Shown piece by piece: positions 43,753-53,147 of a DNA stretch of 64,000 bases. Position 1 is the stretch's first letter; the number at the start of each line of letters is the position of its first letter. Source of the DNA: an uncultured Candidatus Binatia bacterium (GTDB lineage Bacteria; Desulfobacterota; Binatia; UBA9968; JAJDTQ01); contig OZ251459.1 in assembly GCA_965242525.1 (NCBI GenBank), positions 2,137,515-2,201,514 of the forward strand, given 5' to 3'. The notes below the pieces were generated by a model. That model worked only from the letters and a program-made list of their open reading frames with translations, ran no database searches and was not told the origin of the DNA. The translations under genes and the position numbers were made by a program.

Positions 43753-44022
43753 ATGGAAAACATGGAAGACAGAGAGCTATTGAAACGCATCGAATTGAAT
43801 CCAGGGGTGATGGGAGGGAAGGCCGTCATCAAGGGCACACGTTTGACGGTGGAACACATCCTCAACCTGCTCGCCCACGGCGAGACCGTTGAAAAGATCA
43901 CGGCGGAGTACGACGGAATCGCCCAAGAAGACGTTTTGGCCTGCGTCCTGTTTGCCGCGAAAGCCCTGGGGGACACCACCTTCGCACCGTTGGCTGCAGA
44001 GACGCCTGGATGCGGTTCCTGA
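43753..44022 (+). CDS. DUF433-family antitoxin-like protein
   Basis: IELNPGVMGGKAVIKGTRLTVEHILNLLAHGETVEKITAEYDGIAQEDVLACVLFA matches the DUF433 pattern as I remember it. Confidence 0.75.
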   Translation: MENMEDRELLKRIELNPGVMGGKAVIKGTRLTVEHILNLLAHGETVEKITAEYDGIAQEDVLACVLFAAKALGDTTFAPLAAETPGCGS

Positions 44023-44363
44023 TAGACGAATGCGTTGGCCCCACGGTAGCGCAGTGGTTGCGACAAGAAGGGCACGACGTATTCTCCGTCTTCGAGGAGG
44101 CGCGCGGCGCAACCGACGAAGAACTCGTTCGCAAAGCGCACCGGGAGAACCGAATTCTCCTGACGACCGACAAGGATTTTGGCGAGAAAGCATTCCGAGA
44201 ACGCAGGTCGCACAGGGGGATTGTCTTGCTGAGGCTGCAAGACGAACGCCCAATGAACCAAGTGAGGGTCATTCGGCGCCTCCTACAGCTTTACGAAAAT
44301 CAACTGCCGGATCGATTCTCGGTAGTCACGGAGGCTGGCGTTCGGTTCGCCATGAACATGTAG
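44010..44363 (+). CDS. DUF5615-family PIN-like (Mut7-C-like) toxin candidate
   Basis: MRFLIDECVG...ATDEELVRKAHRENRILLTTDKDFGE. It overlaps the DUF433 gene by 13 nt. Confidence 0.7.
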   Translation: MRFLIDECVGPTVAQWLRQEGHDVFSVFEEARGATDEELVRKAHRENRILLTTDKDFGEKAFRERRSHRGIVLLRLQDERPMNQVRVIRRLLQLYENQLPDRFSVVTEAGVRFAMNM

Positions 44364-44520
44364 CGAGGCGCGTCCGATCGGATTTGCCTGAGCCGTTGAC
44401 GGCGTGCCGGGGCCGAGCCGTCCCGCGCAACGCGGCGCCATCTCTTCGTACCCGCCCGGCGAGGCAGGGGTAGCCGCCGCTCACCGGCCGGCGGTCTCGC
44501 CGCCGGCCGGTGAAAACCTC

Positions 44521-45186
44521 ATGATCGACGTCCGGTCACTTTCCGTCACGGGGATGCAGTGGCGGGCGGGCCGACTGTGGCTTGCGTCCGCGGACGAGTC
44601 CCTGGTGGCAGCCTACGACCCCGCAAGCGGGTCGTGCGACGAGGTCCTTTCGTTTCCGGGGGTCCGGCACGCCTGCCCGTCCAACGAAGGCCTCTGGCTC
44701 ATCACCGCCGGCGGACGGCTGGGGCAACAGTTGCTCCTGTGGTCCCTCGAAACCAACCGGGTGACCCGGCGTTTCGACTGCCCTGACGGCGCCGCGTCCG
44801 GCGTCACCGTGCTGAACGACAAGCTGTGGCTGAGCCACCGGCGCAACCGCAAGCTGTTCTGCATGGACCCGCAGAGCGGCCGCCCACTGTGGACCATCCG
44901 CACCGAGAACCAGATCCTCAACCCCACTTCGCACCAGGGCGAGCTCTGGTTCGTCGAATGCGACCCCGGACCCTTGGGAGACTGGAGCGACGAGAGCCAG
45001 GCGGGGTACTCGTTCCTCCGTTACGACCCCGTGCGCGAACTGGCGGCGGAGCGTCTCCCCGTGCCCTTTCGCCCGACGTGCCTGGCTCTGGACGGGGAGC
45101 GTTTCTGGTACGCCGTGCAGGACGAGCCCGGCCTCCGTGTTCGGAGCCGGAGGGCGCTGCTTCCCCGCAGACGGATGCTCGACTGA
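44521..45186 (+). CDS. Hypothetical protein, beta-propeller-like repeats
   Basis: 221 aa from the ATG at 44521, with recurring L/GxLW(L/F) strands (GRLWLAS, EGLWLIT, DKLWLSH, GELWFVE, ERFWYAV). No family is assigned. Confidence 0.35.
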   Translation: MIDVRSLSVTGMQWRAGRLWLASADESLVAAYDPASGSCDEVLSFPGVRHACPSNEGLWLITAGGRLGQQLLLWSLETNRVTRRFDCPDGAASGVTVLNDKLWLSHRRNRKLFCMDPQSGRPLWTIRTENQILNPTSHQGELWFVECDPGPLGDWSDESQAGYSFLRYDPVRELAAERLPVPFRPTCLALDGERFWYAVQDEPGLRVRSRRALLPRRRMLD

Positions 45187-45396
45187 CCGTCCGGGGCTCC
45201 CGCCCAGTCAGGCACGACTGCGTGGGATGCTGTTGCTCAGCCGGCCTCCCTTGATGAGCCTCTTCCCCGCCAAGCACGGCTACATCCTTACCCTGGCCGC
45301 CACGTGGGCGGGAAGCATCGGAGGGCAGGGGATAGCTGCCAACGGACCGTCTCCTTGACACGACTCGAAATGTAAAGCAGGATTTCACAACCGAAA

Positions 45397-45450
45397 GGAA
45401 CCACTGAACAACGATCCTCGTTCATCCTGAGCGAAGGCGAAGGTCGCGCC
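45397..45450 (-). repeat. Degenerate fragment of the MITE-like family
   Basis: GGAACCACTGAACAACGATC (TIR-like) followed by CGTTCATCCTGAGCGAAGGCGAAGGTCGCG (a diverged core in inverted orientation). Confidence 0.4.
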
Positions 45451-45677
45451 TTTCCATAGGGAGAAGGAACTCAAGCCGAGTTGGATCAGACGGTCCAAAA
45501 GGCAACCAGAGATCTTGCCATGGTCACATCCACGATTACCCTAAGGGCAGACCACGCTGCCCGGCTTCGATCCGTTGCGACAGCTATCCATGGCCGACGG
45601 ACCTTACAGCTACCAGACCGACGCGGATTCCTGTGCACGGACCACCAGCAGACTGAACGCGCGAAGGAGGTCTTGTC

Positions 45678-47024
45678 GTGGACGCGAGAGAACTGATCTT
45701 GCAGGACGTACGCTGCTTCCAGGACGAACAGCGTGGCCGCTTGCGGCCCGTCACGCTGCTCGTGGGCGAGAACAGTACCGGCAAGACGACCTTCCTGGGC
45801 TGTTACAGGGTGTTGCATGGGATGTTTTCCAATCCAGGGATCGGCGAATTCCTGGATTTCAACGGAGAGCCTTTCGTCATGGGTTCGTTCCGCGACATCG
45901 TCCGGTCACGACGCGGCCCGAGCGGCCGTATCGACGAGTTCAAGATCGGGGTCCGAGTCGATCGATCGCCAGACGACGTCATGTCACCGTGTGAGCTGTC
46001 GGTTGCTTTTCGCGAGAAAGGCTCGGAACCGGTGGTCTCGTCCTTGCGTTTCCAGTTCGATTCCGATGCGTTCCTAGAGATGAGTTCAGATGAGGAAGGA
46101 ACCATCGTGCAGATTCCAGGCCTTACCGAGCACGCCAAGGGTGTTCCGCTTGTTCGCACGATGGCCATGTTGGACTTCGTGATCCGCGATCCCGATTTTT
46201 GGGGAATGCCCCCCGGATGGTCAAACTTGGAAACCAGCTTCGAGTATCTCCATGGCCTGTTCTTCCGCCGAGGAGCCGCAAAGAGAAAACACACCGAACT
46301 TCAATGGCCTTTCGACGACGAGCTCCCGCGTTTGCCCGACCTGATTCCGGTCGCACCGCTTCGTTCCAAGCCCAAACGTACCTACGATCCGATACGCGAG
46401 ACCGCTTCCCCGGAAGGGGAACATGTCCCGATGCTGATGATGAGGCTGGATCGCACGGACACGCCGCACTGGAAATCGCTGCACAACGACCTCGTGAAGT
46501 TCGGCCAGGGTTCCGGGCTATTCGCCGACATCAAGGTGAAACGCCACGGCAAGCAGATGAGCGACCCTTTTCAGTTGCAGGTCAAGGTACGATCCGGACC
46601 TCATTCGAACCTCATGGACGTCGGTTACGGCGTCAGCCAGAGCCTGCCGATTCTCGTGGATGTGCTGAAAGGGTCCAGCAGCGGACGCAAGTGCGAGTTC
46701 CTGCTCCAGCAGCCGGAGGTTCACCTGCACCCTCGAGGCCAGGCGGAACTCGCCAGTCTGTTCGTCCAAGCGTTCAAGCAGAGTGGAAACCGGTTCCTGA
46801 TCGAGACCCACAGCGACTACATCATCGACCGCGTGCGCATTTCGGTCCGAAAAGGGCTGCTGAAGCCCGACGACGTGTCCCTTCTCTACTTCGAACCCAA
46901 GAGCAACGCCGTCGAGATCCACAACATGACCCTGGACGAGCATGGAAACCTCCTTGGCGCGCCGAGGGGATACCGTGACTTCTTCCTGAAGGAAACCGAC
47001 AGACTGCTGGGGTTCACGGACTGA
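45678..47024 (+). CDS. ABC/OLD-type AAA ATPase (AAA_15/21-like with DUF3696-like C-terminus)
   Basis: Walker A LVGENSTGKTT, signature-like GYGVSQSLPIL, Walker B FLLQQPEVHLHP, and H-loop IETHSD. The GTG start at 45678 is preceded by GAAGGAGG. Confidence 0.75.
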   Translation: MDARELILQDVRCFQDEQRGRLRPVTLLVGENSTGKTTFLGCYRVLHGMFSNPGIGEFLDFNGEPFVMGSFRDIVRSRRGPSGRIDEFKIGVRVDRSPDDVMSPCELSVAFREKGSEPVVSSLRFQFDSDAFLEMSSDEEGTIVQIPGLTEHAKGVPLVRTMAMLDFVIRDPDFWGMPPGWSNLETSFEYLHGLFFRRGAAKRKHTELQWPFDDELPRLPDLIPVAPLRSKPKRTYDPIRETASPEGEHVPMLMMRLDRTDTPHWKSLHNDLVKFGQGSGLFADIKVKRHGKQMSDPFQLQVKVRSGPHSNLMDVGYGVSQSLPILVDVLKGSSSGRKCEFLLQQPEVHLHPRGQAELASLFVQAFKQSGNRFLIETHSDYIIDRVRISVRKGLLKPDDVSLLYFEPKSNAVEIHNMTLDEHGNLLGAPRGYRDFFLKETDRLLGFTD

Positions 47025-47036
47025 GGGCCACCGAAG

Positions 47037-47516
47037 ATGTGCATCATCGTGGACGCCAACAAGCTCGATGTCTTTCTCGCCGACCCGGCCGACGAGAATT
47101 CCAGGCCGATACGCAGGTGGCTAAGTCAGGGCGCGGGGAGCATCGTGTATTCGACGGAAGGCAAGTTTGCGCAGGAGATCCGAGGTCGAGCCAAGGCCAA
47201 GCTGGCCGATTACGTTCGAGCCGGCAGAGCGAAGCACGTCCCCGCGAGCCTGTTCGCCGACGAAGAACGCAAGCTGGAAACTCACGCAGACCTCCGCTCC
47301 GATGATCCGCACGTGCTCGCGTTGGCGAGAGCGACCGGTGTACGTCTCCTGTACACCGCAGACGGGAAACTCACGTCGGACTTCAAGAACAAGAACATCA
47401 TCGACCGGCCGAGGGGCAAGGTTTATTCCGGCGCAGGCAATGCCAATCTGCTGACCCCCTCGGCATGTGCGTCGTCATGGCCAAGGTCTGCTTCGAAATC
47501 ATGGCCGACTTCATAG
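47037..47516 (+). CDS. PIN-like domain protein (predicted nuclease partner of the ATPase)
   Basis: MCIIVDAN... and SDDPHVLALARATGVRLLYTADGKL resemble PIN acidic-residue motifs. It starts 12 nt after the ATPase stop. The assignment is tentative. Confidence 0.45.
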   Translation: MCIIVDANKLDVFLADPADENSRPIRRWLSQGAGSIVYSTEGKFAQEIRGRAKAKLADYVRAGRAKHVPASLFADEERKLETHADLRSDDPHVLALARATGVRLLYTADGKLTSDFKNKNIIDRPRGKVYSGAGNANLLTPSACASSWPRSASKSWPTS

Positions 47517-47586
47517 ACACCGGCATCGCCGGGAACCTGAAGCGTCCGGGATCCAGCAATTGAGGACAGGATCGAGAAATCCGGCA

Positions 47587-49347
47587 ATGCGGTTCAGCGA
47601 CGCGGACATCGAGCACCGGTTGCGCTTGGGCGAGGACAGCGCCTGGGAGTTCAAGCAGGTCGAGTTCGCCGGGAACCGTCCGAGCCGCCCGAGCCGGGAC
47701 GACTGGGCGGACGAGATCGCGGCGTTCGCCAATGCGCGCGGCGGCGTGTTGCTCTGCGGCGTCAGCGACGATGGACAGGCGCAGGACATGTCGCGGGAGC
47801 AGATGGCCGCACTGGATGCCTTGCTCGTGGAAGTCAGCACCGATTCCATCAAACCGCCGGTACGCGTCCAGACATGGCACAGGATGCTGCCGGAGGGCAG
47901 GCGGGTGCTGCTGCTCGAAGTCCCGGAGAGCGACTCGCAGCACGACAGCCCTGGCGGAAGCTACCTTCGAGTAGGCGCCTCGAAGCGCAGGATGACGAAC
48001 GACGAGCGATTGCGTCTGGCGCAGCGGCGGGGACAGGCGCGGTTCCGCTGGTTCGACGAACAGACCGTCCCGAATACGGGCTTCCGAACGCTGGACGAGT
48101 CCCTGTGGCGGCATCTGCTCAGCGCCGAGGGCGCGGCGAATCCCGAGGCGGCGCTTGAAAAACTGGCGCTCCTGGCGCCCGACGAGGCCGGGGTCATGCG
48201 GGCAACCGTGACCGGCGTGTTGCTGTGCACCCGGAACCCGGAGGAGCGGCTGCCCAACGTCGGCATTACGGCGACGCACTATCGGGGAAGGGACCGCGCC
48301 TCCGGCCAGATCGACGCACGCGAGATCGGCGGCCCGCTGGACCAGCAGGTTGCGGACGCGATGGTCTTCGTGGCGCGGAACATGCGGGTGGCGGCGCGCA
48401 AGGAGCCGGCCCGCGTGGACGTGCCGGAATACAGCGACCGTGCGCTGTTCGAAGCCCTGGTCAACGCAGTGGCGCATCGCGACTATTCCATGCGCGGCAG
48501 CCGCATCCGGCTTTCCATGTTCGAAGACCGCCTGGAGATCCAGTCGCCCGGCTCGCTGCCGAACAACCTGACGGTGGACAGCATGGCGACGCGGCAAGCC
48601 GCCCGCAACCAGACGTTGACCTCCGTGCTCGGGCGCATGCCGGTGGGAGGAATCCGGGGTTCCGAGGAAAGACGGTATTTCATGGAACGGCGCGGGGACG
48701 GCGTTCCGATCATCCTGCGCGAAACCCGGGGGCTTTGCGGGAGACCGCCCGAATACCGGGTGATCGACGACGCGGAAGTCTGCCTCGTCATTCCCGCGGC
48801 GCCGCAGGAGCCGAGCCCCGTCCGCGCCGTCGTCAGCGTGCAGTGCGCCGGGAAGCCGCTGGCGGATGTGGACGTGCTGGCGCTGTTTCCCAACGACACA
48901 TGGAAACGCGCCGCCACCGACGAACACGGAGAGGCGCGCCTGGAACTGCACTCCGGCCGTCTGCCGATGACGGTGTTCGCCGCGGCAACGGGTTTCTCCG
49001 CCCATGTCCGTCTCGACTGGCTGCCCGCGGAGGAGGGCCGTCTCCGTCTCGAACTGGATGCCTTGCCCGGCGGCGGCGCAGTCATCCTCACCGAGGACAC
49101 CGGCGCGCTCCCGGGGCTCAAGGGAACGTTGAATCCCGTCCGCGACGCCCTCGACCGCACCTGGCTGTACGCCTCCAACATCGCCGTCAACCAGGGCCAG
49201 CCCCAGCCCGTGCACTTCATTCCCGGCGAAGACCTGCGCCTCACGGACGCCGACGGAAACGAGGCGTGGGCGCGTATCGTCGCCGTCACCGGCAGGTCGT
49301 CGCTGGTGGAGTACCGCCCGGCGGCGAAGCAGGGTCAAGTGAAGTAG
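47587..49347 (+). CDS. Schlafen/AlbA_2 DNA-binding domain + HATPase_c_4-like protein with C-terminal beta-rich extension
   Basis: EDSAWEFKQVEF...IAAFANARGGVLLCGVSDDG (AlbA_2 pattern) and LFEALVNAVAHRDYSMRGSRIRLSMFEDRLEIQSPGSLP (HATPase_c_4 pattern). Start verified at ATG 47587. Confidence 0.65.
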   Translation: MRFSDADIEHRLRLGEDSAWEFKQVEFAGNRPSRPSRDDWADEIAAFANARGGVLLCGVSDDGQAQDMSREQMAALDALLVEVSTDSIKPPVRVQTWHRMLPEGRRVLLLEVPESDSQHDSPGGSYLRVGASKRRMTNDERLRLAQRRGQARFRWFDEQTVPNTGFRTLDESLWRHLLSAEGAANPEAALEKLALLAPDEAGVMRATVTGVLLCTRNPEERLPNVGITATHYRGRDRASGQIDAREIGGPLDQQVADAMVFVARNMRVAARKEPARVDVPEYSDRALFEALVNAVAHRDYSMRGSRIRLSMFEDRLEIQSPGSLPNNLTVDSMATRQAARNQTLTSVLGRMPVGGIRGSEERRYFMERRGDGVPIILRETRGLCGRPPEYRVIDDAEVCLVIPAAPQEPSPVRAVVSVQCAGKPLADVDVLALFPNDTWKRAATDEHGEARLELHSGRLPMTVFAAATGFSAHVRLDWLPAEEGRLRLELDALPGGGAVILTEDTGALPGLKGTLNPVRDALDRTWLYASNIAVNQGQPQPVHFIPGEDLRLTDADGNEAWARIVAVTGRSSLVEYRPAAKQGQVK

Positions 49348-49364
49348 AGGGGAGAGATTTCGCC

Positions 49365-49598
49365 ATGCTCACGTCCGCGATTACCTCGAAGGGCCGGACG
49401 ACGCTGCCCAAACCGGTTCGGGAGGCCCTTGGAGTGGGGGCCGGAAACCGTGTGCGCTACGTCATCCTCGACAACGAGGTTCGGGTTCTGCCCATGCGGC
49501 CCATCGGGCGGTTGTTCGGCGCACTGAAGCACGACGGCCCGCGGGTTACGGTGGAGGACATGGAACGCGCCATCACGGAAGGGGCGTGCGAGGAATGA
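49365..49598 (+). CDS. AbrB/SpoVT(MazE)-family antitoxin
   Basis: 77 aa. MLTSAITSKGRTTLPKPVREALGVGAGNRVRYVI is the swapped-hairpin motif. Its stop forms an ATGA junction with the next ATG at 49595-49598. Confidence 0.75.
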   Translation: MLTSAITSKGRTTLPKPVREALGVGAGNRVRYVILDNEVRVLPMRPIGRLFGALKHDGPRVTVEDMERAITEGACEE

Positions 49599-50926
49599 GC
49601 GCGTTGGACACCAACTCCGCAGCCAGTAGAAAACCGCCGGCTAGCTGGCTCTATCGTCCACTGTTTCCGGCTCATTGGGAGCGCAGGCCACTTTACTCCA
49701 TGGCGCAATGGGTCAACGGACTGGCCTATCGGAATATCGAGTTCAGTGCGGCGGGACGCCCGATTATCAAGATCGCAGAGATCAAGGGCGGCATCTCGGA
49801 TCAAACCAGGTTTACATATCAAAACTTCGACGAATCGGTACGCGTGCGTGCAGGCGACCTATTGTTTTCCTGGTCTGGACAGCCGGAAACTTCCATTGAT
49901 GCGTTCCGGTGGCGTGGTCCGGAAGGCTGGTTGAACCAACATATCTTTCGTGTCACTCCCGCCGCCGGAATCGATGCCACCTTCTTTTTCTATCTCTTGC
50001 GATACCTGAATGCTCATTTCGTTGCCATTGCACGGAACAAGCAGACGATAGGTCTCGGACACGTCACAAAGCACGACCTGGAAAATATCGAGGCGGCTCT
50101 ACCCGACCGCCAGGAGCAACGCGCCATCGCTCACATCCTGGGCACGCTGGACGACAAGATCGAGTTGAACCGGCGCATGAACGAGACGCTGGAGGCCATG
50201 GCGCGGGCGCTGTTCCAGTCATGGTTCGTCGATTTCGATCCCGTGCACGCCAAGATGGAAGGCCGTGATACCGGCCTCCCCAAGCCAATCTCCGACCTCT
50301 TCCCCGATCACCTCGTGGATTCCGAGCGTGGCGAGATCCCCGAGGGATGGAAAATCAAGTCCCTGAGAGAATGTTTCCGTCTTACGATGGGGCAATCACC
50401 CCCGGGCAACACCTACAATGACCGTAGCGACGGGTTGCCTTTCTTTCAGGGACGAACTGACTTCGGGTTTCGATTTCCCGAGAATCGGAAATTCTGCACT
50501 GCTCCAACGCGGGTCGCTCAACCTGGGGATACGCTTGTCAGTGTCAGAGCGCCCGTGGGAGACATCAACATGGCATGGGAAGAATGCTGCATTGGACGCG
50601 GCGTTGCCGCACTCCGGCACCAGTCGGGTTCAAGCTCGTTCACCTATTACTCGGCTTGGGCAGTACAGAACAAAATCAGAGAGTATGAGGACACGGGTAC
50701 GGTGTTCGGAGCCATCAATCGAAAACAATTTGAAGCACTCCAGACGCTGGAACCCTCACCGGATATTGTCAATGCGTTCGACGCCCAAGCTGGACCGGTA
50801 GATGTCCGCATCAGGAACAACGTAACCGAGTCCCGAATCCTTACGACCCTGAGAGAAATCTTGCTGCCCAAGTTGATCTCCGGCGAAACCCGCCTCCGAG
50901 ACGCCGCGGAGCAGGCGGATTTGTAG
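49595..50926 (+). CDS. hsdS: Type I restriction-modification specificity subunit (orphan), with vapC-like first codons
   Basis: Two target-recognition domains separated by the conserved spacer LPDRQEQRAIAHILGTLDDKIELNRRMNETLEAMARALFQSWFVDFDP, plus the distal conserved helix TTLREILLPKLISGE. The N-terminus MSALDTN resembles a PIN/VapC start. No hsdM or hsdR occurs in the window. Confidence 0.85.
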   Translation: MSALDTNSAASRKPPASWLYRPLFPAHWERRPLYSMAQWVNGLAYRNIEFSAAGRPIIKIAEIKGGISDQTRFTYQNFDESVRVRAGDLLFSWSGQPETSIDAFRWRGPEGWLNQHIFRVTPAAGIDATFFFYLLRYLNAHFVAIARNKQTIGLGHVTKHDLENIEAALPDRQEQRAIAHILGTLDDKIELNRRMNETLEAMARALFQSWFVDFDPVHAKMEGRDTGLPKPISDLFPDHLVDSERGEIPEGWKIKSLRECFRLTMGQSPPGNTYNDRSDGLPFFQGRTDFGFRFPENRKFCTAPTRVAQPGDTLVSVRAPVGDINMAWEECCIGRGVAALRHQSGSSSFTYYSAWAVQNKIREYEDTGTVFGAINRKQFEALQTLEPSPDIVNAFDAQAGPVDVRIRNNVTESRILTTLREILLPKLISGETRLRDAAEQADL

Positions 50927-51127
50927 GCCATCCCATGAAAAACCAATCGAAGTATTCCAGTTCCGAGACCATCGCCGAGACTTTTCGATATCTGGGACTT
51001 GACGATCCAAAACTGCGCAGTCGATTACGAGGGTTCTCCAAACCGGGGATATCGCCTCCTCGAGTCGAGAGACGCAGCAGCAAACTTGTCACTCGGAACA
51101 ACACCGCGCCAGATCAAGGAGACGATC

Positions 51128-51854
51128 ATGCCCAACTGGAATCAACTACTTGACGAGATTCGCGCCGCTGGCAGCATGTATGATGTGGTTCGCCGTCGGT
51201 ATCTGTCCAGGATCCATGAACTGACCGGTCGAAATGTGATAGTCTATTCCTCAGGTTGGCTTCAAAGAGGCAACTTGCCGGGCGTAGAGATCAACGATGA
51301 TGACAAGAACGGATTCATGACCGTCATTCATCAGATGAAGCGCGATATCGGCCTCGATCTTGTCTTGCACACCCCTGGCGGCGATGCGGCTGCCATCGAA
51401 TCCATCGTCGATTACCTGCGCTCCATGTTTCAAACAGACATACGGGCGCTCGTGCCACAGCTCGCCATGTCCGGCGGTACGATGATTGCATGCGCATGCA
51501 AGGAAATATTCATGGGAAAGCAGTCGAGTCTCGGTCCGATTGATCCTCAATTGGGAGGTATTCCAGCCCATGGCTTGGTGGAAGAGTTCAACCGCGCCAA
51601 ACTTGTCCATCGAACGATGCCGGGAGATGGGCCTGAAGGTCACCGAACTCGAAAAGAGTCAAGAGCTACAGGACGCGGTACTTTCATTGCACCATGCTTG
51701 CATGCTCACATTTACAGCTACTTCGGCCTTCAAGATCATCGAAAATCATAGGGGAATTGCATTCATCAAGATGGCACAGCCGGTCCTGGTCTCCGGGGCG
51801 CCGACCGGCAACCCGGAGCCAAGCAGGGCGCCACTGGAGCAACCGGAGAAGTGA
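51128..51854 (+). pseudogene. SDH-family (ClpP-fold, SppA-like) serine protease, disrupted by frameshift/internal deletion near 51600
   Basis: The N-part in one frame (VLHTPGGDAAAIESIV..., LAMSGGTMIACACKEIFMG, GPIDPQLGG) loses similarity after EEFNRAK. The C-part (LSIERCREMGLKVTELEKSQELQDAVLSLHHACMLTF) continues in another frame from ~51603. Confidence 0.55.
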
Positions 51855-51905
51855 TCGCCTTGGGGAATCGCAAAGCGGCGCTTCGGCAATCCCGGAGATG
51901 GTACA

Positions 51906-53147
51906 ATGATCCCGATGATCCCACAGCCCCATGAACCACCGCGCGTCCAGCGCTTGAAAGTCCGTAACTTCCGCGCCTTGCGGGAGGTCGAGATCAGGAA
52001 CCTGACGCCGATGACGGTGCTGCTCGGTCCCAATGGCAGCGGCAAGTCCACCGTGTTCGACGTGTTTGCGTTCCTCTCGGAGTGCTTCGCATCCGGACTT
52101 CGGCGCGCATGGGACCGTCGCGGCCGGGCCAGGGAGATCAGGACCCGCGACGCCGAAGGGCCGATGACGATCGAGCTTCAATACCGCGAGCAGCCGAAAC
52201 CGCCGCTCATCACCTACCACTTGGAAGTGGACGAGCACCGGGGCGCGCCGGTGGTCGTCCACGAATGGCTGCAATGGACGCGGGGCAGAGCAGGGAAGCC
52301 GTTCCGTTTCCTCGAATACCGGAACGGCTTGGGCAAAGCGACCAGCGGCGAGGCGCCCGATGCGGAAGACGAGAGGCGGGAGATCCCGCTCAAATCGCCT
52401 GATCTGCTGGCGGTCAACGCGCTTGGGCAGTTCCAGGAACACCCGCGCGTGGCGGCGCTTCGCGACTTCATCATGGGCTGGCACGTTTCGTACCTCTCCG
52501 CAGACAGTGCGCGCGGCCAACCCGAAGCGGGGCCGCAGGAACGGTTGACCACCACCGGCGACAACCTCGCCAACGTGGTCCAGTACCTGAGCGAGCAGCA
52601 TCCGGCGCGGCTCGACGCCGTCTTCGAGACGCTGCGCAGGCGCGTGCCTCGTATCGATCGCATGTGGACCGAGCTCATGCCGGACGGCCGGCTGTTGCTG
52701 CAAATCAAGGACGCCCCGTTCAGCCACCCGGTTCTGTCGCGCTTCGCCTCCGACGGCACACTGAAGATGCTGGCCTACCTGGTGCTGCTGCACGACCCGG
52801 AACCGCCGCCGTTCATCGGTATCGAGGAGCCGGAAAACTTCCTGCACCCGCGGTTGCTTCCCGAGTTGGCGGAGGAGTGCCGCGCGGCCTGCGAGCGCAC
52901 GCAGTTGATGGTCACTACCCACTCGCCGTTCTTCCTGAACGCGCTGAGACCCGAGGAAGTCCGCGTCCTGTGGCGCGACGAAGCGGGCCATACGCGGGTG
53001 CAGCGGGTCGCCGACCTGGACCGTGTCCGTGCTTTCGTGGATGAAGGCGCACTGCTCGGCGATCTGTGGATGGAAGGCCAGTTCGGCGTGGGCGATCCGT
53101 TGACCCGGCATGGAGCTCCGGCGCGCGGCAGCGGAGATCGTCGATGA
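51906..53147 (+). CDS. ABC/OLD-type AAA ATPase (AAA_15/21-like)
   Basis: [10 protein letters not shown], Walker [12 protein letters not shown], signature-like [11 protein letters not shown], Walker [15 protein letters not shown], and H-loop VTTHSP. Confidence 0.8.
   Translation: MIPMIPQPHEPPRVQRLKVRNFRALREVEIRNLTPMTVLLGPNGSGKSTVFDVFAFLSECFASGLRRAWDRRGRAREIRTRDAEGPMTIELQYREQPKPPLITYHLEVDEHRGAPVVVHEWLQWTRGRAGKPFRFLEYRNGLGKATSGEAPDAEDERREIPLKSPDLLAVNALGQFQEHPRVAALRDFIMGWHVSYLSADSARGQPEAGPQERLTTTGDNLANVVQYLSEQHPARLDAVFETLRRRVPRIDRMWTELMPDGRLLLQIKDAPFSHPVLSRFASDGTLKMLAYLVLLHDPEPPPFIGIEEPENFLHPRLLPELAEECRAACERTQLMVTTHSPFFLNALRPEEVRVLWRDEAGHTRVQRVADLDRVRAFVDEGALLGDLWMEGQFGVGDPLTRHGAPARGSGDRR

Noticed and set aside
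43575-44272. Minus-strand ORFs (228, 158 and 124 aa) overlapping the DUF433/DUF5615 pair
   Set aside because: The + strand products match well-known toxin-antitoxin families with overlapping coupled genes. The minus-strand translations have no motifs.
45481-45696. 71-aa ORF in the long gap upstream of the DUF3696-like ATPase
   Set aside because: It has a non-ATG start, no ribosome-binding site and no motif, and it overlaps the ATPase's Shine-Dalgarno sequence and start codon. I treated it as non-coding.
50935-51153. 72-aa ORF (MKNQSKYSSSETIAETFRYLGLDDPKLRS...) between hsdS and the protease pseudogene
   Set aside because: It has normal-looking composition and might be a remnant of a longer gene. 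There is no recognisable domain, no clear ribosome-binding site, and it overlaps the protease start, so the support is insufficient.
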